Assembly (NCBI RefSeq): GCF_030684315.1
Contig: NC_081369.1
Span: forward strand, 2,222,689 to 2,286,688
DNA from: Stegostoma tigrinum
Lineage: Eukaryota
Length of the DNA: 64,000 nt
Direction: 5' to 3'
Part shown: in pieces, positions 1 to 12,575 of the stretch
Layout: every line of letters starts with the position of its first letter
Position numbering within the stretch: position 1 is the first letter of the stretch
Program-made: the position numbers and the translations under genes
The notes under the pieces: generated by a model
Told to the model about the DNA's origin: nothing
Database searches by the model: none
What the model saw: only the letters and a program-made list of their open reading frames with translations

Positions 1-205
1 TGCTCCAACACCGCCTCATTGACCTGTCTATCTCCTCTCCACGTATCCATCTTCTATTTGCCTCCCCCTCTCTCCCTATTTATTTCAGAGTGCCCTTCCC
101 CTCCCCCATTTCTGAAGAAGGGCCTCAGCCCGAAACGTCAGCCTTGCTGCTCCTCTGATGCTGTGTGGCCTGCTGTACTCATCCAGCCCTACACCTTGTT
201 ATCTT
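1..205 (+). mobile_element. Penelope-like element terminal repeat
   Basis: Pyrimidine-rich tract, hammerhead-like core and gctgtgtggcctgctgtactcatccagc...ttgttatct end, shared with the ends of GIY-YIG-bearing copies in the window. Confidence 0.8.
108..142 (+). ncRNA. Minimal type I hammerhead ribozyme motif (Penelope-associated)
   Basis: CTGAAGA-a-ggg[cctcag]ccc-GAAAC-GTC; catalytic core intact, stem I weak. Confidence 0.55.
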
Positions 206-3200
206 GGGAAAAGGGAGAGACGATCTGGCTCAGAGTATGGAGAACCTGGGCTTATAGCATTGATAAGAAAGAAACTCGAAATAAAAGCAGATATTACTCT
301 TGCAAGTTCAGGTCTAACCTAGGACAAGGGGAGGAATACAATTTGTCGCAATTAGACTGATCATGTTTGATACTACGGTTGAGATAGCAGTGGATGCAAC
401 ACGATGAGTGAATGAGCCTCAAGCATCGTAAATGCTGGAAGAATATCCCGTGATCAAGAATGACTCTGCTGTGCAATGCAAAATAACACAAAGTTATAAG
501 GAATGCAGAGGTGAACTAAATCTGTATTATACAGGAGTGGATGAATTGGCATGCACAGGAAAGAAATTGGCTGTAACTGGAAGGAATGGGCTACAATTCT
601 CATGTGACCAGAGTTCTGGAGGTGGCATTGGCAGTAGTCCCACAAGGACAAATTAGTTGTCAATTTGTAGGTCCATTTATTGAGCAACCATCAGGAAATG
701 ATAGTCAAGGTAGTATTTTGGTTCACTGGGATCGCACCTCTGTGAGTACAGGCTGCAGCCGTGACTCATTCAAAAGATATATTGTCTGGGGTGACTGCTG
801 AAAGCAATTTAAGAAAATTAATTGGATCATCATCAATTCTGCAAGTGATGACATGACACTGGAGGGGAATAGACAAAAAAAGGGCATTGAGAGTTGCAGA
901 CAGGAGTTTTTGTTGGGTGCTGGGGCCCTTAATAAATTTCAGCACTCATTAGCCCACGTCCTCCAGTGATTAAAACCACATCAGAACCTAAATGAAGTGA
1001 ATATCAGGACAGGATGGAAAGTATGGGTCTAATGCTAGAGGGCATTGGGTAATCTGTCACTTTGATACCATGATATCAGCATTTCCAGGTATGCTTTAAT
1101 TTAACTGAAATGACCGTTCCAGTATGGTGCCCATCTGCCACAAAACGATCATTTGTCTACTGCCTTGAGAAACAATTGAGCAGGAGTGAACTTAAGTCCA
1201 ACAAGAATAGAAAGAAAAGACGACTATTGAGAGTTGGCAGGGGCAGGATATGCATCAGGAGTGGGACCTGTCAACACCCTGGACATGACAGAATTAGATG
1301 GTCAGATTGAATCCCTCCAGCAGAAAATACAGGTCATTACTGAGGAAGTTTACTTAGAACAGATACAAACCAACCATGGTTAGGATGCATCACAAGGGAT
1401 CCTGGACACAGTTAATTTTTTAAAACCTTTACAGGATGCAACAAATTTAATCATTGATCACATGGCCAGTATTTCTTAGGAGGCCCATTAGGCCAAAGAG
1501 TTTGCCATAAATACTCACTGGGTGTTGACTGTGATCGGTACTAATTTGTTATAACTTCATGCTCAACAAATTCCAGGCTGGGTGTCAGATGAACAATTCA
1601 TGGAACATAGAACATAGAATAGTACAGCATAGTACAGGCCCTCAGCCCACGATGTTGTGCCGAACTTTTACCCGAAACCTAAGATCTATCAAATCCTCCA
1701 CCCTTACCTTATACTATCATCCATATGCCTATCTAATAGCTGCTTAAATGCCCCTAATGAGGCCAACTCCACTATCCTCTCCAGTAATGCATTCCACAAC
1801 CCGACCACTCTCTGAGTAAAGAACCTACCTCTGATGTCTTCCCGATATCTACCTCCTTTCACTTTAAAACTATGTCCCCTTGTAACAGTTACTTCCACCC
1901 AAGGAAAAAGTCTCTGGCTGTCCACCTTATCTATACCTCTGATCATTTTGTACACTTCTATCAAGTCACCTCTCACCCTTTGTCATTCTGAAGAGAAAAG
2001 TCCTAGCTCTCTCAACCTTCCCTCCATTCCAGGCAACATCTTGGTAAATTTCCTCTGCAACTTTTCCAACACTTAAACATCTTTCCTGTACTGAGGTGAC
2101 CAGAACTGGACACAATACTCCAGGTTTGGCTGAACCAGGCTTTTGTAAAGCTGGAGCATAACTTCAGGGCTCTTGAGCTCAATCCCTCTATTAACAAAAT
2201 CAAACACACCATATGCCTTCTTAACAATTCTATTCACCTGGATGGCAGTTTTCGGGGAACTGTGAACATGAACCCCAGAATCCCTCCGCTCCTCCACACT
2301 GCCAAGAATATTTCTGTTAACCCTGTATTCTGCTTTCAAGTTTGTCTTTCCAAAATGAATCACTTCAAACTTTTCAGGGATAAACTGCATTTGCCACTTC
2401 TCAGCCCAGCTCTGCATTCTATCAATGTCCCTTTGTAACCTCGAACAGCACTCCGCACTGTCCACAATGTGACCCACCCTTGCATCACCCGCGAACTTGC
2501 TAATCCACCCTTCCACTCCTTCATCCAAATCACAAAAATTGCAAATAGAAGAAGACCCAGAACAGATCCTTGTGGTACATCACTCTTAACTGAGCACCAT
2601 ATTGAATATTTCCCATCCACTACCACCCTTTGTCTTCTCAGGGTCAGCCAATTCTGAATCCAATCTGCCACATTTCCCCCATCCCATGCCTCCTTACTTT
2701 CTGCATGATCCTACCATGGAGAACCTTATCAAACACCTTACTTAAATCCATGTATACCACGTCCACTGCTCTATCTTCATCCACGTGTTTGGTCACCTGT
2801 TCAAAGAATTCAGTAAGGTTTGTGAGGCATGATTTACCCTCAAAAATCCATGCTGACTTTCATGAATCAAACTGTGCCTTTCCAAGTGATCATAAATCCT
2901 GTCTCTTAGAGCCCTTTCCAATAATTTGCCCGCCAGTGACGTAAGACTAACTGGCATGTAATTTCCACGGTTATCCCTGTTTCCTTTTTTGAACAACTTT
3001 TTCCTTGTTTGCCTCTTTCCAATCTTCCAGCATTATACCCGTGGACAACGAGGATGAAAAGATCATTGCAAAAGGCCCTGCCATCTCATCCCTGGCTTCC
3101 CATAGAATCCTTGGATAAATCCCATCAGGCCCAGGGGACTTATTTATCTTCAACTTCCTCAGAATTCCCAGCACATCTTCTTTACTACCATCCACCTCTG

Positions 3201-4510
3201 CTAGCATACCTGCCTGTTTCACAACACACTTATCTACAGCTAGGCCCTTCTCAGTTGTGAATACTAAAGAAAAATATTCATTACAGACTTCTCCTATCTC
3301 TTTAGGCCCTGTGCACAAATGCCTTTACAATCCTTGATCGGCCCTCCCCTTTCTCTGGTCATTCTCTTGTTCTGCACATACGTGTAAAACGCCTTGGAGT
3401 TTTCCTTGATCCTATCTGCCAAGGTTTTCTCATGCCCCCTTATAGCTCTCCTAAGTGCTTTCTTCAGCTCCTTCCTGGCTAACTTGTATCCCTCTAGAAC
3501 CTTTTCCATTCCTATTTTCCTAAACCTTACATAAGCCTCCTTCTTCCTCTTAACCAGTTGTTCGACCTCTCTCAAGGTCCAAGGCTCCCTTAAGTTTGAT
3601 CTTAACTAAGAGACTGTTACTACTTTCCACAATGTTAAAGGGAAATATGATGCTGCGGCAGTGTTTCATTTTCCCCAACATGGAAATAATCCGACCTACC
3701 CTTTAGAAAGAGTTCATAATGTGGGAAAGTACCATAAAGATACCTGCATATCTTTAAGTAACCCACCATTTCATACCATTGTAATGGACAATGCTGAGAA
3801 AGGGGTAATTTGTTAAAATGTCACCAAGGATGGGATCAATGGGCTGTCCTGACGAGATAACGAGACAGAGACTAGATTACGGTTTCAGTATCAATGAAAA
3901 CTGTTCATAATCCATTCTGCCTGTTAGTAACCAGCTTTTTCTACAATATGCCCTTGTGGAGGGAACGATTACATAACCACAGCAGCCATGAACTATACCA
4001 AGGGAGGGAGACAATGTCTTCTGGAAGGACATAATGTAGCTATTAATAATGTGACCTCTGATCTGGTGATTGGTGGACAGGCGCTACCCCAACCAATAAC
4101 CAGGGTGATGACAACAGAAAGCCTCATGATCCAATGTACTGATACAGACCGAAATGTAGGAATGTTTGTTCCCACTGTAGTACCGCCCATCCTGCACCCA
4201 ATAGCAGATTCGACAAGCATTGGAGAGACAAAAGAAATAGTTCATCAATGGACCAAGCACACTAAAATAGTTAGAACTCATGTTGATAAAGTAAAGGAAT
4301 TGTTACAGGACCCTGAGTTTTGGGATATGTTCTGGAATTGGGGAACCAATGTCCATAAACATCCATATGTCAGAATTCTGTCGCATGTTGCTGTTAGTAG
4401 TGATTCTGTGCACATTAGTCATCGTCATAGTCAATATATATCACCTTGTCAGGCGGAAAAATGAAATTGTATGCAGATTGGAAGAGGAGGCTATAATTAA
4501 ACAGAAGGAA
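206..4510 (+). pseudogene. env: Decayed endogenous retrovirus envelope gene (class I fusion protein), split by a CR1 insertion
   Basis: Furin site RKKRR at 1209-1223, then (after a frameshift) fusion peptide ELAGAGYASGVGPVNTLD and heptad repeat. After the CR1: FHFPQHGNNPTYPLERVHNVG (3661-3726), Trp-rich FWDMFWNW, and hydrophobic TM ILCTLVIVIVNIYHLV followed by RRK. Many stops and frameshifts. Confidence 0.75.
1603..3592 (-). mobile_element. CR1 LINE, 5'-truncated
   Basis: Minus-strand RT fragments (VPQGSVLG, ISKFAGDA, LEYCVQFWSP, MRGDLIEVYK) and CR1 3' microsatellite tail gaacatagaacatagaa. Confidence 0.93.
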
Positions 4511-4615
4511 TGTTATAGAAATACTGTGATAATTAAGTTAAATGCATGTTTTCATATTTGCATTTTTCCTTTCCAATGTGCACATTTTTGTATATACACG
4601 TGTGTGTGTGTTTGT

Positions 4616-4665
<50 letters not shown>

Positions 4666-5520
4666 GTGTAATATATGTGTTTTTATACATATTAGAAAAA
4701 TATAACACTGTAGGTGTAATAAGGCCATTGGGAAACACTGACAATCCTAGGAGTGGTCCAGATAAAAGGGACAGAGAATGATCTTAAGGTAAGTATCTTT
4801 AGATCAAGAGAGGGTAGATATTAGCCAGAGCCTACAGAATGATAAAGAGAGAGAGAGGGGTACCAGTTGCTGATATCGCTAACAGGAAGTATTACGTGAA
4901 AAGGTGCTAACATGAAGAAAAAAACAGCTTGTGAACTAGAAATGATTTGCACCCAGGTGCCTGTTTGAGCCAATTTAAACTGGTTTGAATTAACTCAGTT
5001 CTGCAAAAGGTAAGAGAGATAGGGTTAGGCAAAAGGCTTATTTGGAATTAAAATAAGGAAGTAATGCTTCCTAAGTCCCTGGGCTAGGGCCGACAAGGTA
5101 AAGGCATGTGATAAGTGAATTAGCCTGAGCCAACGGGAAGAAGACATCATGACTTGAGAGAGATAAGAGAAAGAATAAAAAAACCCTTGGAGCATGCAGT
5201 CAGCAAAAACACTAGAGACCAACCATTGCAGAAGCAGACTCTATGTCAAGGATGTGGCAGGAGCATCGAGTACAGTGCCCAGCCAGCATCAGCCCTCAGC
5301 AGCAGCAGCAGCTCCTGTCCTGATTGAGTATTAGCTTTTATATTCTGTGACTGCTTCAGGAGTGTCATGGGGACTCTAGTGGTGGTATAAGTAGGTACCA
5401 GGTCAGTTTGTGGGAAAATATATAAGGTCTCGTTTTGTAATAAAATCATTTAAGCAACATGTGCCTTATTGAATACATTAATAAACTAATTTGTGAGATT
5501 ATGAGAATTGAGTCCTCTCC
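4511..5520 (+). mobile_element. Probable 3' LTR of the same ERV
   Basis: Purine-rich tract aaacagaaggaa directly followed by TGTTA right after env; CCAAT (~4970), A-rich TATA-like run (~5175), AATAAA at ~5438 and ~5480. 3' boundary uncertain. Confidence 0.55.
4599..4662. repeat. (TG)n microsatellite
   Basis: Direct TG run inside the LTR. Confidence 0.97.
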
Positions 5521-8500
5521 TCCCTGTAGAGGGCAATACCTGGAGCCAGTGTTCTCTGGGCTCCCAACAACAACATTGTCCCTGAAATAAACTGTCTGTG
5601 TCCTGTTGAGGAGTCTTGTGTCTGACACTAGCATTCTTGATGTTGTTTCAATGCTGCTCCCAGGTCCAGGATGTGGAGTCTTCTCCACATTGGCAACTCT
5701 GCTGAAGCTATCCTGTAGTTTCATGGAGGGTGGTCCAATAGTCAAATAGAAACTGGGAAAGTTTGGTATCGAGTGAAGCTGTGCGCTGTGTCTTTAAGCT
5801 TGCCTTCAAAACTTAGACTGCTTTATCTTCCAGACCATTGGACATTGGATGGTATGGGGCTGTCTTTATATGCCAAATGCCATTTTAGTTTAGGAAAGAC
5901 TCAAATTCCCTCCTGGAAAATGTTGGCCCATTGACTGTGACCAACACATCCAGGAGCCTGTGTATTGCAAACGATACTCTCAGTTTTTCTATCGTCCAGC
6001 TTATGTTTGATGAATGAACTCTACGCATATCCACCTACTTTGAGTGGGCTCCACAATGACTAAGAACATTGAGCCCATGAAAGTAAACACGGCCATTCCT
6101 ATAAATGTGGGGCGAGGGGGCAGGTGCTCATTGTGGTGATTTTTGTCCTTGTTAGCACTCTGGGCACTGCTCCATCAATGCCACTACATCTGCGTCCAAT
6201 CCAGGCCACCAGACGTAATGTCTCACCAACATTGTCATTTTGGAAACCCCTGGATAACTCTGGTAGAGTTCAGCCAGTATCTAGCTATGGCCTTTGCTTG
6301 GGACGATCACTCTTGCTCCTGATAATAATATGCCATTCTCGACAGTGATCTGGTCTCACTGGGTGCAGAAAGATTTCAATTCTAGTTGTGATGGCACTTT
6401 TCTTCCCCCTTCTCCACCAAGCTTTGCCAGGATGGGAATTTTTTTTGTGTCCACAGTCTGATACTGGCAATGGTGGCCAGAAAGTTTAAAACTAGAACAG
6501 GAATTTTCCAGTGGCAGCACCATTTGTGGTGTATCTGCTAGCAGGAGGCAACTCAAGGCATCCACATTTGCTACTTGATCTCCCGAGTGGAGTTTCAACT
6601 TGCTATTGTATGCATTCAGAATGAGAGCCCACCACTGAATTTGACTTGAAGGAAGAGGCAGCACAGCCTTGTCGTCTTTGAATAGCCCGAGCAGGGTTTT
6701 GTGGTCTGTTACAATTACAAATTTACATCCATAAAGGTACTAAATCATAGAATCCCTACAGTGTGGACACAGGCCCTTCAGCCCAACAAGTCCACACCGA
6801 CTCACAGACTATCCTACTCAGGCCCATTCCCCTATGAGCCCACCTATTCTACACATCCCTGAGTACTTGGGCAAGTTAGCATGGCCAATCCACCCTAACC
6901 TGCACATCTTTGGACTGTGGGAGGAAACTGAAGCACCCAGAAGAAACCCACGCAGACACAGGGAGAATGTGCAAACTCCACACAGAGTGTTGCCCAAGGG
7001 TAGAATCAAACCCAGGTCCCTGGCACTGTGAGGCAGCAGTGCTAACCACTGAGCCACCATGCTGCCCTAGTGACATACTCTCACACCAAAGATGACTGCC
7101 AAACCTTCCATCTCTATCTGGGCATATTTACGCTCTACATCAGTCAAAGACAAGAAGCGTATACTATTGGGCATTCCTCTCCATTGTGCCATCTGTGAGC
7201 CAATAATGCCCCAAAACTGTAAGACAAGGCATCACATGTCAGCACCAGGGCTTGCTTGGGAGCACAGTGTGCCAACACCTCAGATAATGATAGCTGCTTC
7301 TTCATTTCCCTGAAGTCTACGTCTTGACTACAAGACCATTTCCAAAGCTAGTTCCTTGTCACTAGCAGATGTAAGGGTATTAGTATGGAGGCCAGGTTAT
7401 GTATGAGCCTTCCATGATAATTTGCCAATCTAAAGAAAGACCTAAGTTCCAGTATACGAGTGGGAGCCTGGGTAGCTTTGATTGCCCTAACTTTATCTTC
7501 CAATGGGTGTAACCCGGTCTTGTCGAATCTGTAGCCCAAGTAGATCACTTTGTGCGCCTGGAACGTATATTTTTCTCTTCTAAGGCATATGCCCACCTGA
7601 GACAAATGTGTAAGGACTATGTCCAAGTTTTCTAATTATTCTTTATTGGCCTTCCCTATTATTAGCACATCATCTAGATAAATGGCAGTCCTTTTAGAAT
7701 GTTCTACATCGTCTGCTGAACAACGGCACAAGCTGATGATATCCCAAATGGCAGTCACGTTTATCGGTACAAACTCTTATGGGTATTAATTGTTACATAA
7801 TTCTGGGAATCCCCATCTAACCGCAATTGCAAGTACACATGCCTCATGTACAGCTAAGTGAAAGAAAACCCCATCACAAGTTTTGTATATAAATTGTCCA
7901 TGCAAGGGATTGCATCCAGCTGTGACAACCAGCTCACCATACGTTTAAAATCCCTACAAAGGCAAACTGACCCATTGTGCTTCACCGTTGGTATGAGCAA
8001 CGCTGCCCATTCTGCAAGCTGAACTGGTTTGATGATTCCTTCGCTTTCCAGCCTTCTGATTTCTCCTGAGATGCTGCTTGGCCTGCTGTGTTCATCCAGC
8101 CTCACATTTTATTATCTATTATTCTGATTTCTGTGTCTACTTTTGCCCCAAAGGCAAATGGCACTAGGTGGGCCTTGCAGTATCATGGATTTGCTTCCTG
8201 GTCAACATGCAAGGTGACCAATATTCCTGAAAAACTTTCAGATATTTAATTAGGAGCACTCAGGCACCCATTTTCCAATTGAAAAATATTGAACCTATCA
8301 AGGTGACTTTCTCAACCAATTTCCTTCTATCAGGCTTAGGCCTGAGCCTTTTTATGAACTGAACTAGTTGATTCATATACGTGACCGGAGCTGAAGTTGT
8401 ACCCTTAATCTGGAAAGATTCCCTGGTATAAGTTATCAAGTCTGGTCAAGGTCTTACACAAATTTCTAGGTTGCAGTTCAGAAAGAATTTTGTTAAAGGC

Positions 8501-9096
8501 CAATTCTGCAATCACTGATACAGTACCAACCACATGACAAGTTAACCAGAAGTGTATTTTCATTGGTTCTGATATAGATGTTACTGCACAAATTCACTGT
8601 TCCAAGCCAGATGTAAGGAGGCTTTCTAGGATGTTACTGTACCAGTGATTGCTGAACTGACCTTTAACAAAATTCTTGTGCACTCTCCGAGATACCAACT
8701 TATGAGTTCCTTTACTCAGTTCTGCCCCGCAGGACTCTTCTGCTGTCTCGAATCTGTATTTCGGCAGCAAGTACAATGGCTTGCTGGCCCAGATCCCGAA
8801 GAAAATGTTAACTGTTAGGCCAAGGCTTAGCTTTGTTTTGCTGTTTTACTGTAGGCTGACCTTGAATCCCTCTGTTCAGGATATGTCCTGAGTGAGGCTA
8901 TACAATTGCTTTCACACAAACGGTGCTTCCCAAGGTCAGTCAGCTCGGTGAGGTTGTCTATTTCCAATGGCGTGCCCTGCAAACTCATAGGTTCCACTTG
9001 CCACAATTTCGAATGACACAGCCAGTTGTAGGGCCTGTCCTTCAGCTTGTAAGTGCTTTTTACATGGTTACGTCATTCATTCTACTCTGGTCACCA
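5521..9096 (-). mobile_element. pol: Ty3/Gypsy LTR retrotransposon internal region (protease-RT-RNase H-integrase), decayed, gag largely deleted
   Basis: YLDDVL at 7661-7680 (-), YLGYRFDKTGLHPLEDKVRAI thumb region, RNase H end QWWALILNAY..., integrase FMGSMFLVIV near 6060-6090. PBS TGGTGACCAGAG at 9085-9096 (-). Interrupted by a SINE and a Penelope fragment. Confidence 0.9.
6745..7067 (-). mobile_element. HE1-like tRNA-derived SINE
   Basis: Head gggcagcatggtggctcagtggttagcactgctgcctcacag with Pol III A/B boxes; body gtgtggagtttgcacattctccc; CR1-type tail. Confidence 0.9.
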
Positions 9097-9097
9097 T

Positions 9098-9301
9098 TGA
9101 AATAACTCCACAGAGGCCAGAGTCCTGTCAACAAGTCACCCTTTATTTAGAAGTGTCGTAATTGACGCTGGTCTTAGAGCGAGCAGAACCGCTTACATTC
9201 TTGTTTAAATCTGTCAGCCAGGGCTCCCTAACTGGACCAAATTCACAACCGCAATCAGGGCACTCATACTCTGTGAGGTCCACCTGGTTGACTTTATTAC
9301 A
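9098..9301 (-). mobile_element. 5' LTR of the Gypsy element
   Basis: On the minus strand it begins TGTAATA and ends TATTTCA (imperfect inverted termini), contains AATAAA, and is followed after 1 nt by the TGG primer-binding site. Confidence 0.75.
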
Positions 9302-10089
9302 CTTACAATAGGGGGCATCGACTGCGGAAAAGCTCAGTGTGAGACAAGTTTTGGCAATGGGTGGAGGTAAACATCTGAGTTGAACATTTTTGTACCCAAA
9401 GACTGATACCCGTGAAGCAAAGATGATGCTGACTATGGACATCTGTTTCCACATCGGTTCCTCATCTGGAAACCTCATGGTTGGTTGTAGTGTTGGTGCC
9501 AGTTCATGACCTCGGCCTCCAGCTGAAATCTAAGTTTCCACCTCTGCTACCTCCTGATTAGTTGCCTTTCAGTGAAGGTGAAAGCTGACGGACTCTTGCA
9601 CATAACACCAGCAGAGGTGGTTTGCTTCATTTTCCAACCTGTGAAGAACATGCAATATTGTTGCTCCAGAAGAAAGAAAATGGTAGAGATTTATGTCTGA
9701 AATCTATAACCTGGAATCCATTAAGTTACAGAATATGCAGTCGCTGGGCATTCCAAGGAGCTAATTATTGCAAAAGTATTTGTTGAGTTAGAAAATGGCA
9801 GATTGTTCAAAGTCACCCATTTAGCAGACAGCTTTGCCTCTGTTTGATTGATTAATTTATGGTCAATTGAAGTTGTTCTGTAATATTTTGGAACATATTT
9901 CCTGCCTTTTGTTCACAATTTCTGTGAAAGTTTGTCTATTTATCTTCTTCTCTCTCTATTCCACCAATACACTTGATCCAGCATCTGTTCACTCAATGTT
10001 GAAGTTCAGTGAATGTGACTAAACAAATAAATAAAATAAAAAGCAACCTGCCCAAATTAAACACAATATCTCCACAGATGAATGTTTTC

Positions 10090-12575
10090 TGGAGATAGTG
10101 GGAACTGTCGATGCTGGAGAATATGAGGGAACAAAGTATGGAGCTGGATGAACACAGCAGGCCAGCGGCGTCAGAGGAGCAGGAAAGCTGACATTTGGGG
10201 GCTGAACCCTTCTTCAGAAATGGAGGAGGGGAAGGGGATTGTGAAATAAATAGGAAGAGAGATGGAGGTGGATGGAAGATGGATATGGGAGAAGGTAGGT
10301 GGAGAGGAGAGAGACGGGTCAAAGAGGCGGGGATGGGGTCAGCAAAGGTGAATGTAGGCGAGAGTTAGGGTGGGGATAGGTCAGTCCAGGAAGGACGGAC
10401 AGGCCAAGGAGGCAGGATGAAGCTGGGAGGTCGGAAGTAGGGGTGGGGCTTGAAGTGGGAAAAGAGGATAGGTGGGAGGAAGTACGGATAGGTTCAGGAG
10501 GCAGGGAGATGCTGGGCTGGTTTTGGAATGCGGTCGGGGGAGGGGAGATTTTGAATCTTGTGAAGTCTGCATTGATACAATTGGGCTGCAAGTTACCCAA
10601 GCGAATTATGAGGTGCTGCTCCTGCAACCTTTGGGTGCTCGTTGTGGCACTGCAGGATGCCCAGGATAGACATGTCGTCTGAGGAGTGGGAGGGGGAGTT
10701 GAAATGTTTCGTGACTGGGAGGTACAGTCGTTTGTTGCGAACCAAGCGTAGGTGTTCCAAGAGCGGTCCCCAAGCCTCTGCTTGGTTTCCCTGATGTAGA
10801 GGACGCCACATCAGGAACAGCAGATACAGTATACCATATTAGCAGATGTGCAGGTGTAGGTGTGAGGGAGGACGTTATGGGCAGGTGTAGCACTTCCTGT
10901 GGTTTCGGGTTAAAGTGCTGGGGGTGGTGGGGCTGGTGAGGAGTGTGGAGCAAGGGATTCACGGAGAGAGTGGTCCCTCCGGAAAGCAGGCAAGGGTAGA
11001 GATGGAAAAATGTCTTTGGTGGTGAGGTCAGATTGCAGATGGCGGAAGTGCCGGAGGATGATGCATTGTATCTGGAGGTTGGTGGGGTGGGGCATGAGGA
11101 CGAGAGGGATTCTGTTTTGGTTGTTATTTTGGGAGGGGGTGTGAGGGATGAGTTGCGAAAAATGCGAGAGACATGGCTGAGGCCGTTTACAACTGCTGTG
11201 GAGGGGAAGTTGCAGTCCTTGAAAAGCGAGGACATCTCAGATGTCCAGAAGTGGAATGCCTCATCTCAGGAGCAGATGCGGCTGAGACCATGGGTACCCA
11301 CATCGGCCCAAGCTATGCCTGCCTCTTCGTAGGATACATGAACCAATCCCTCTTCCGAATCTCCACTGGCCCTATCTTCCACCTCCTCCTCTGTTGCATT
11401 GATGACTGTACCGGCGCCGCCTGATGCTCCCAAGAAGAGCTTGAATAGTTCATCCGCTTCACCAACACCTTCCACCCCAACCTTAAGTTCACCTGGACCA
11501 TCTCTAATACCTTTCTCTCCTTCCTTGACCTCTCTGTTTCCATCTCTGGCAACCAAGTAGAAACCGATATCCATTTCAAGCCCACCAATACCCACAGCTA
11601 CCTAGAATACACCTCCTCTCACCCACCTTCCTGCAAAAATGCCACATCTTATTCCCAATTCCTTCGCCACCCCCTTTGTCTGTAGGAAAAGGGAGGAATT
11701 GAAGGAGAAGTTGTTAAGAGTGAGGACGATTTTAGCTAAGCAGATGATGGTGTTAGTGGAGGGGAACTGATCGAGCCTATGGGACAGGAAGAAGTGGAGG
11801 GCCTTTAGGCCATCTGTAAGGGGAATGCAAGTGTATAGGAATTGGACGTCCATTGTAAAGATGAGGTGTTGGGGACCAGGGAATTGGATGTTTTGCACGT
11901 GGGTGGTGTCATGGACGTAGGTAGGGAGTTCCTGCACCAAGGGGGAGAAAAAGGAGTCCAGATAGGTGGAGATAAGTTTGGTGGGTCAGGAGCAGGTGGA
12001 GACAATGAGTCAACCAAGGCAGTCAGGTTTGTGGATTTTGGGAACAGATTGTAATGGGCATTGAGGGGCTAGGGATTGATGAGGTTGGAGGCTGTGGGTG
12101 GGAATTCACCTGAAGTGGTGGTGTTATGGATGGTTTGGGAGATGATGTTTTGGTAGTCAGGAGTGAAGTCATGATCAAGGGGTCAGTAGGAGGAGGTGTC
12201 AGAGAGCTGGGGTCAGGCCTCAGCGATGTAGATGTCAGTGCGCCACACTACAACTGCACCTCCCTTGTATGCAGGTTTTATGGTGAGGTTGGGATTGGAG
12301 TGGAGGGAGCAGAAGGCTGCACATCTGCAGGAGAAAGGGTGGAGTAGGTGAGAGGAGTGGAGATTTTGAGGTGATTGATGCCTCAATGGCTGTTGGAGAT
12401 GAAGAGATTGAGGGAGGGTAGGAGGCCTAGGGGTGGTGCCCAGGAGGAGGGGTTGTGTTGGAGGTGGGAGAAGGGGTCAGTAGAGGGAGGGTTAGGCTCC
12501 CGGTTAAAGAAGCAAGCACGAAGGCAGAGGCAGCTAAAATACTGTTCAACGTTCAAGTGTGAGCGGTATTCATTG
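10090..12575 (-). mobile_element. Penelope-like retroelement (RT + GIY-YIG), rearranged, with internal inverted segment ~11285-11665
   Basis: RT motifs TMDVQFLYTCIP, LTLNNFSFN, MGTHIGPSYACLF, CIDDC; GIY-YIG region ...EHLRLV...KHFNSPSH; terminal repeat at ~10090-10330. Confidence 0.85.
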
